The translations under genes and the position numbers were made by a program. Positions 61,590 to 64,000 of a stretch of DNA of 64,000 nt are shown here, one piece after another (within the stretch, counting starts at the first letter, position 1; each line of letters begins with the position of its first letter). The stretch lies in the NCBI GenBank assembly GCA_051294905.1, contig CM119372.1:1-64000 (forward strand), in the 5' to 3' direction. The stretch is from Botryllus schlosseri. Lineage: Eukaryota. The notes beneath the pieces were generated by a model. That model did not search any database and was not told where the DNA came from. It worked only from the letters and a program-made list of their open reading frames with translations.

Positions 61590-64000
61590 GGTTGGTTCGA
61601 TTGGTTTGAAATAAGGACAAATATGTTAGAAATGAGGTGAGTCTCATGTCAGAAATGAGGATAGTCATGTCAGAAATGAGGATAGTCATGTCAGAAATAA
61701 GGATAGTCGCTATATTCACTATAAAGTCAGTTACAGTACCAGGCACGACTTTCTAGTGCTGCTAACCCAGTCCGAACACATCCCAGACATGATGTCCAAA
61801 CACGCCCCAGACACGATGTCCGGGTATCAACACAGGCCGAACACGCCCAAGACACCATGTCCGAATGGCAACACAGGCCGAAAACACCCCAGACATGATG
61901 TCTGAACACGCCCCAGATACGATGTCCGGGTATCAACACGGGCCGAACACGCCCAAAAGACACCATGTCCGAATGGCAACACGGACCGAACACGCCCCAG
62001 ACACGATGTCCGAGTGTCAACTCAGATCCGAAAACAACCCAGACACCATGCTTGAATGGCCGAACATGCCCCAGACACGATGTCCGATTGGCAGCACAGG
62101 CCGAACACACCACAGACATGATGTCCAAACACGCCCCAGATACGATGTCCGGGTATCAACACAGGCCGAACACGCCCTAGACATCATGTGTGAATGGCAG
62201 TACAGGCCGAACACCCCCCCCCCCCCCAGACATGATGTCCGAACACGCCCCAGATACGTTGTCCGGGTATCAACACGGCCGAACACACCCAAGACACCAT
62301 GTCCGAATGGCAGCTCAGATCCGAAAACAACCCAGACACCATGCTTGAATGGCCGAACATGCCCCAGACACGATGTCCGATTGGCAGCACAGGCCGAACA
62401 CACCACAGACATGATGTCCAAACACGCCCCAGATACGATGTCCGGGTATCAACACAGGCCGAACACGCCCTAGACATCATGTGTGAATGGCAGTACAGGC
62501 CGAACACCCCCCCCCCCCAAGACATGATGTCCGAACACGCCCCAGATACGTTGTCCGGGTATCAACACGGCCGAACACACCCAAGACACCATGTCCGAAT
62601 GGCAGCACAGGCCGAACACACCCCAGACATAATGTGTGAATGGCATCATAGGCCGACCACATCCCAGACATGATGTCCAAAGTCGCCGCAGACACAATGT
62701 CCGAACACAGCCGAGACACCATGTTTGAATGGCAGTACAGGCCGAACACCCCCCCCCCCAGACATGATGTCCGAACACGCCCCAGATACGTTGTCCGGGT
62801 ATCAACACGGGCCGAACACACCCAAGACACCATGTCCGAATGGCAGCACAGGCCGAACACACCCCAGACATAATGTGTGAATGGCATTAGGCCGACCACA
62901 TCCCAGACATGATGTCCGAAGTCGCCGCAGACACAATGTCCGAACACAGCCGAGACACCATGTTTGAATGGCCGAACATGCCCCAGACACGATGTCCGAT
63001 TGGCAGCACAGGCCGAACACACCCCAGACATGATGTCCAAACACGCTCCAGATACGATGATCGGGTATCAACACAGGCCGAACACGCCCAAGACACCATG
63101 TCCGAATGGCAACACAGGCCGATAACACCCCAGACATGATGTCCGAATACGCCCCAGATACGAAGTCCGGGTATCAACACGGGCCGAACACGCCCAAGAC
63201 ACCATGTCCGAATGGCAACACAGGCCGAACACACCCCAGACACGATGTCCGAGTGTCAACTCAGATCCGAAAACAACCCAGACACCATGCTTGAATGGCC
63301 GAGCATGCCCCAGACACGATGTCCGATTGGCAGCACAGGCCGAACACAACCCATACATGGTGTCGGAACGCCCCAGACACGATGTGCTATTGGCAACACA
63401 GTCCCAACACCCCCCAGACACGATGTTAATAAGGTTGGTCGTGTTTGAAATAAGGTCAGTCTAGTGTTTGAAATAAGGATAGTCATGTTAGAAATAAGGA
63501 TAGCCATGTTTGATATAGGGACAGTCATGTTTGAAATAAGGATAGTCTCATGTCAGAAATGAGGATAGTCATGTCAGAAATGAGGATAGTCATGTCAGAA
63601 ATAAGGATAGTCGCTATATTCACTATAAAGTCAGTTACAGTACCAGGCACGACTTTCTAGTGCTAACCCAGTCCGAACACATCCCACACATGATGTCCGA
63701 ACACGCGCCAGATACGATGTCCGGGTATCAACACGGCCGAACACACCCAAGACACCATGTCCGAATGGCAGCACAGGCCGAACACACCCCAGACATAATG
63801 TGTGAATGGCATTAGGCCGACCACATCCCAGACATGATGTCCGAAGTCGCCGCAGACACAATGTCCGAACACAGCCGAGACACCATGTTTGAATGGCCGA
63901 ACATGCCCCAGACACGATGTCCGATTGGCAGCACAGGCCGAACACACCCCAGACATGATGTCCAAACACGCTCCAGATACGATGATCGGGTATCAACACA
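61590..64000. repeat. Compound tandem repeat: ~1.9 kb unit = 21-bp repeats + short unique linker + minisatellite built on CCGAACACxCCCAGACAxGATGT
   Basis: Block starting GTCTCATGTCAGAAATGAGG recurs at 61641 and 63545 (1904 apart); second unit runs off the window. Confidence 0.9.

Noticed and set aside
61727..63999. Many overlapping Cys/His-rich ORFs
   Set aside because: Stop-poor minisatellite open in several frames on both strands; no domain motifs.

Overview
This is the left end of an animal chromosome (TTAGGG telomere, GT-AG introns; an invertebrate chordate such as an ascidian is only a guess). It opens with a 3.7 kb (CCCTAA)n telomere carrying a 17-nt foreign insert, joined abruptly to a 20-bp/5-bp repeat array and a truncated PIF/Harbinger transposase. 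Next come two inverted arrays of a 176-bp satellite around a 3.35 kb core (foldback-like), an intact CR1/L2-group LINE ORF2, and nested hAT elements. The only host gene found is the 5' part of a HOOK gene (six clear coding exons). Further in are a 1.6 kb palindromic hAT element, a Gypsy element with identical LTRs interrupted by nested DNA transposons, a decayed EnSpm/CACTA-like element and a ~1.9 kb compound tandem repeat. Best leads: the Gypsy has no tRNA primer site but a perfect 13-nt complement to its own LTR (self-priming and/or polyA occlusion); the satellite-armed foldback structure; the telomeric insert as a possible telomerase read-through product; and a hAT remnant resembling oomycete/algal transposases. 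Family assignments rest on recalled motifs, not database searches.
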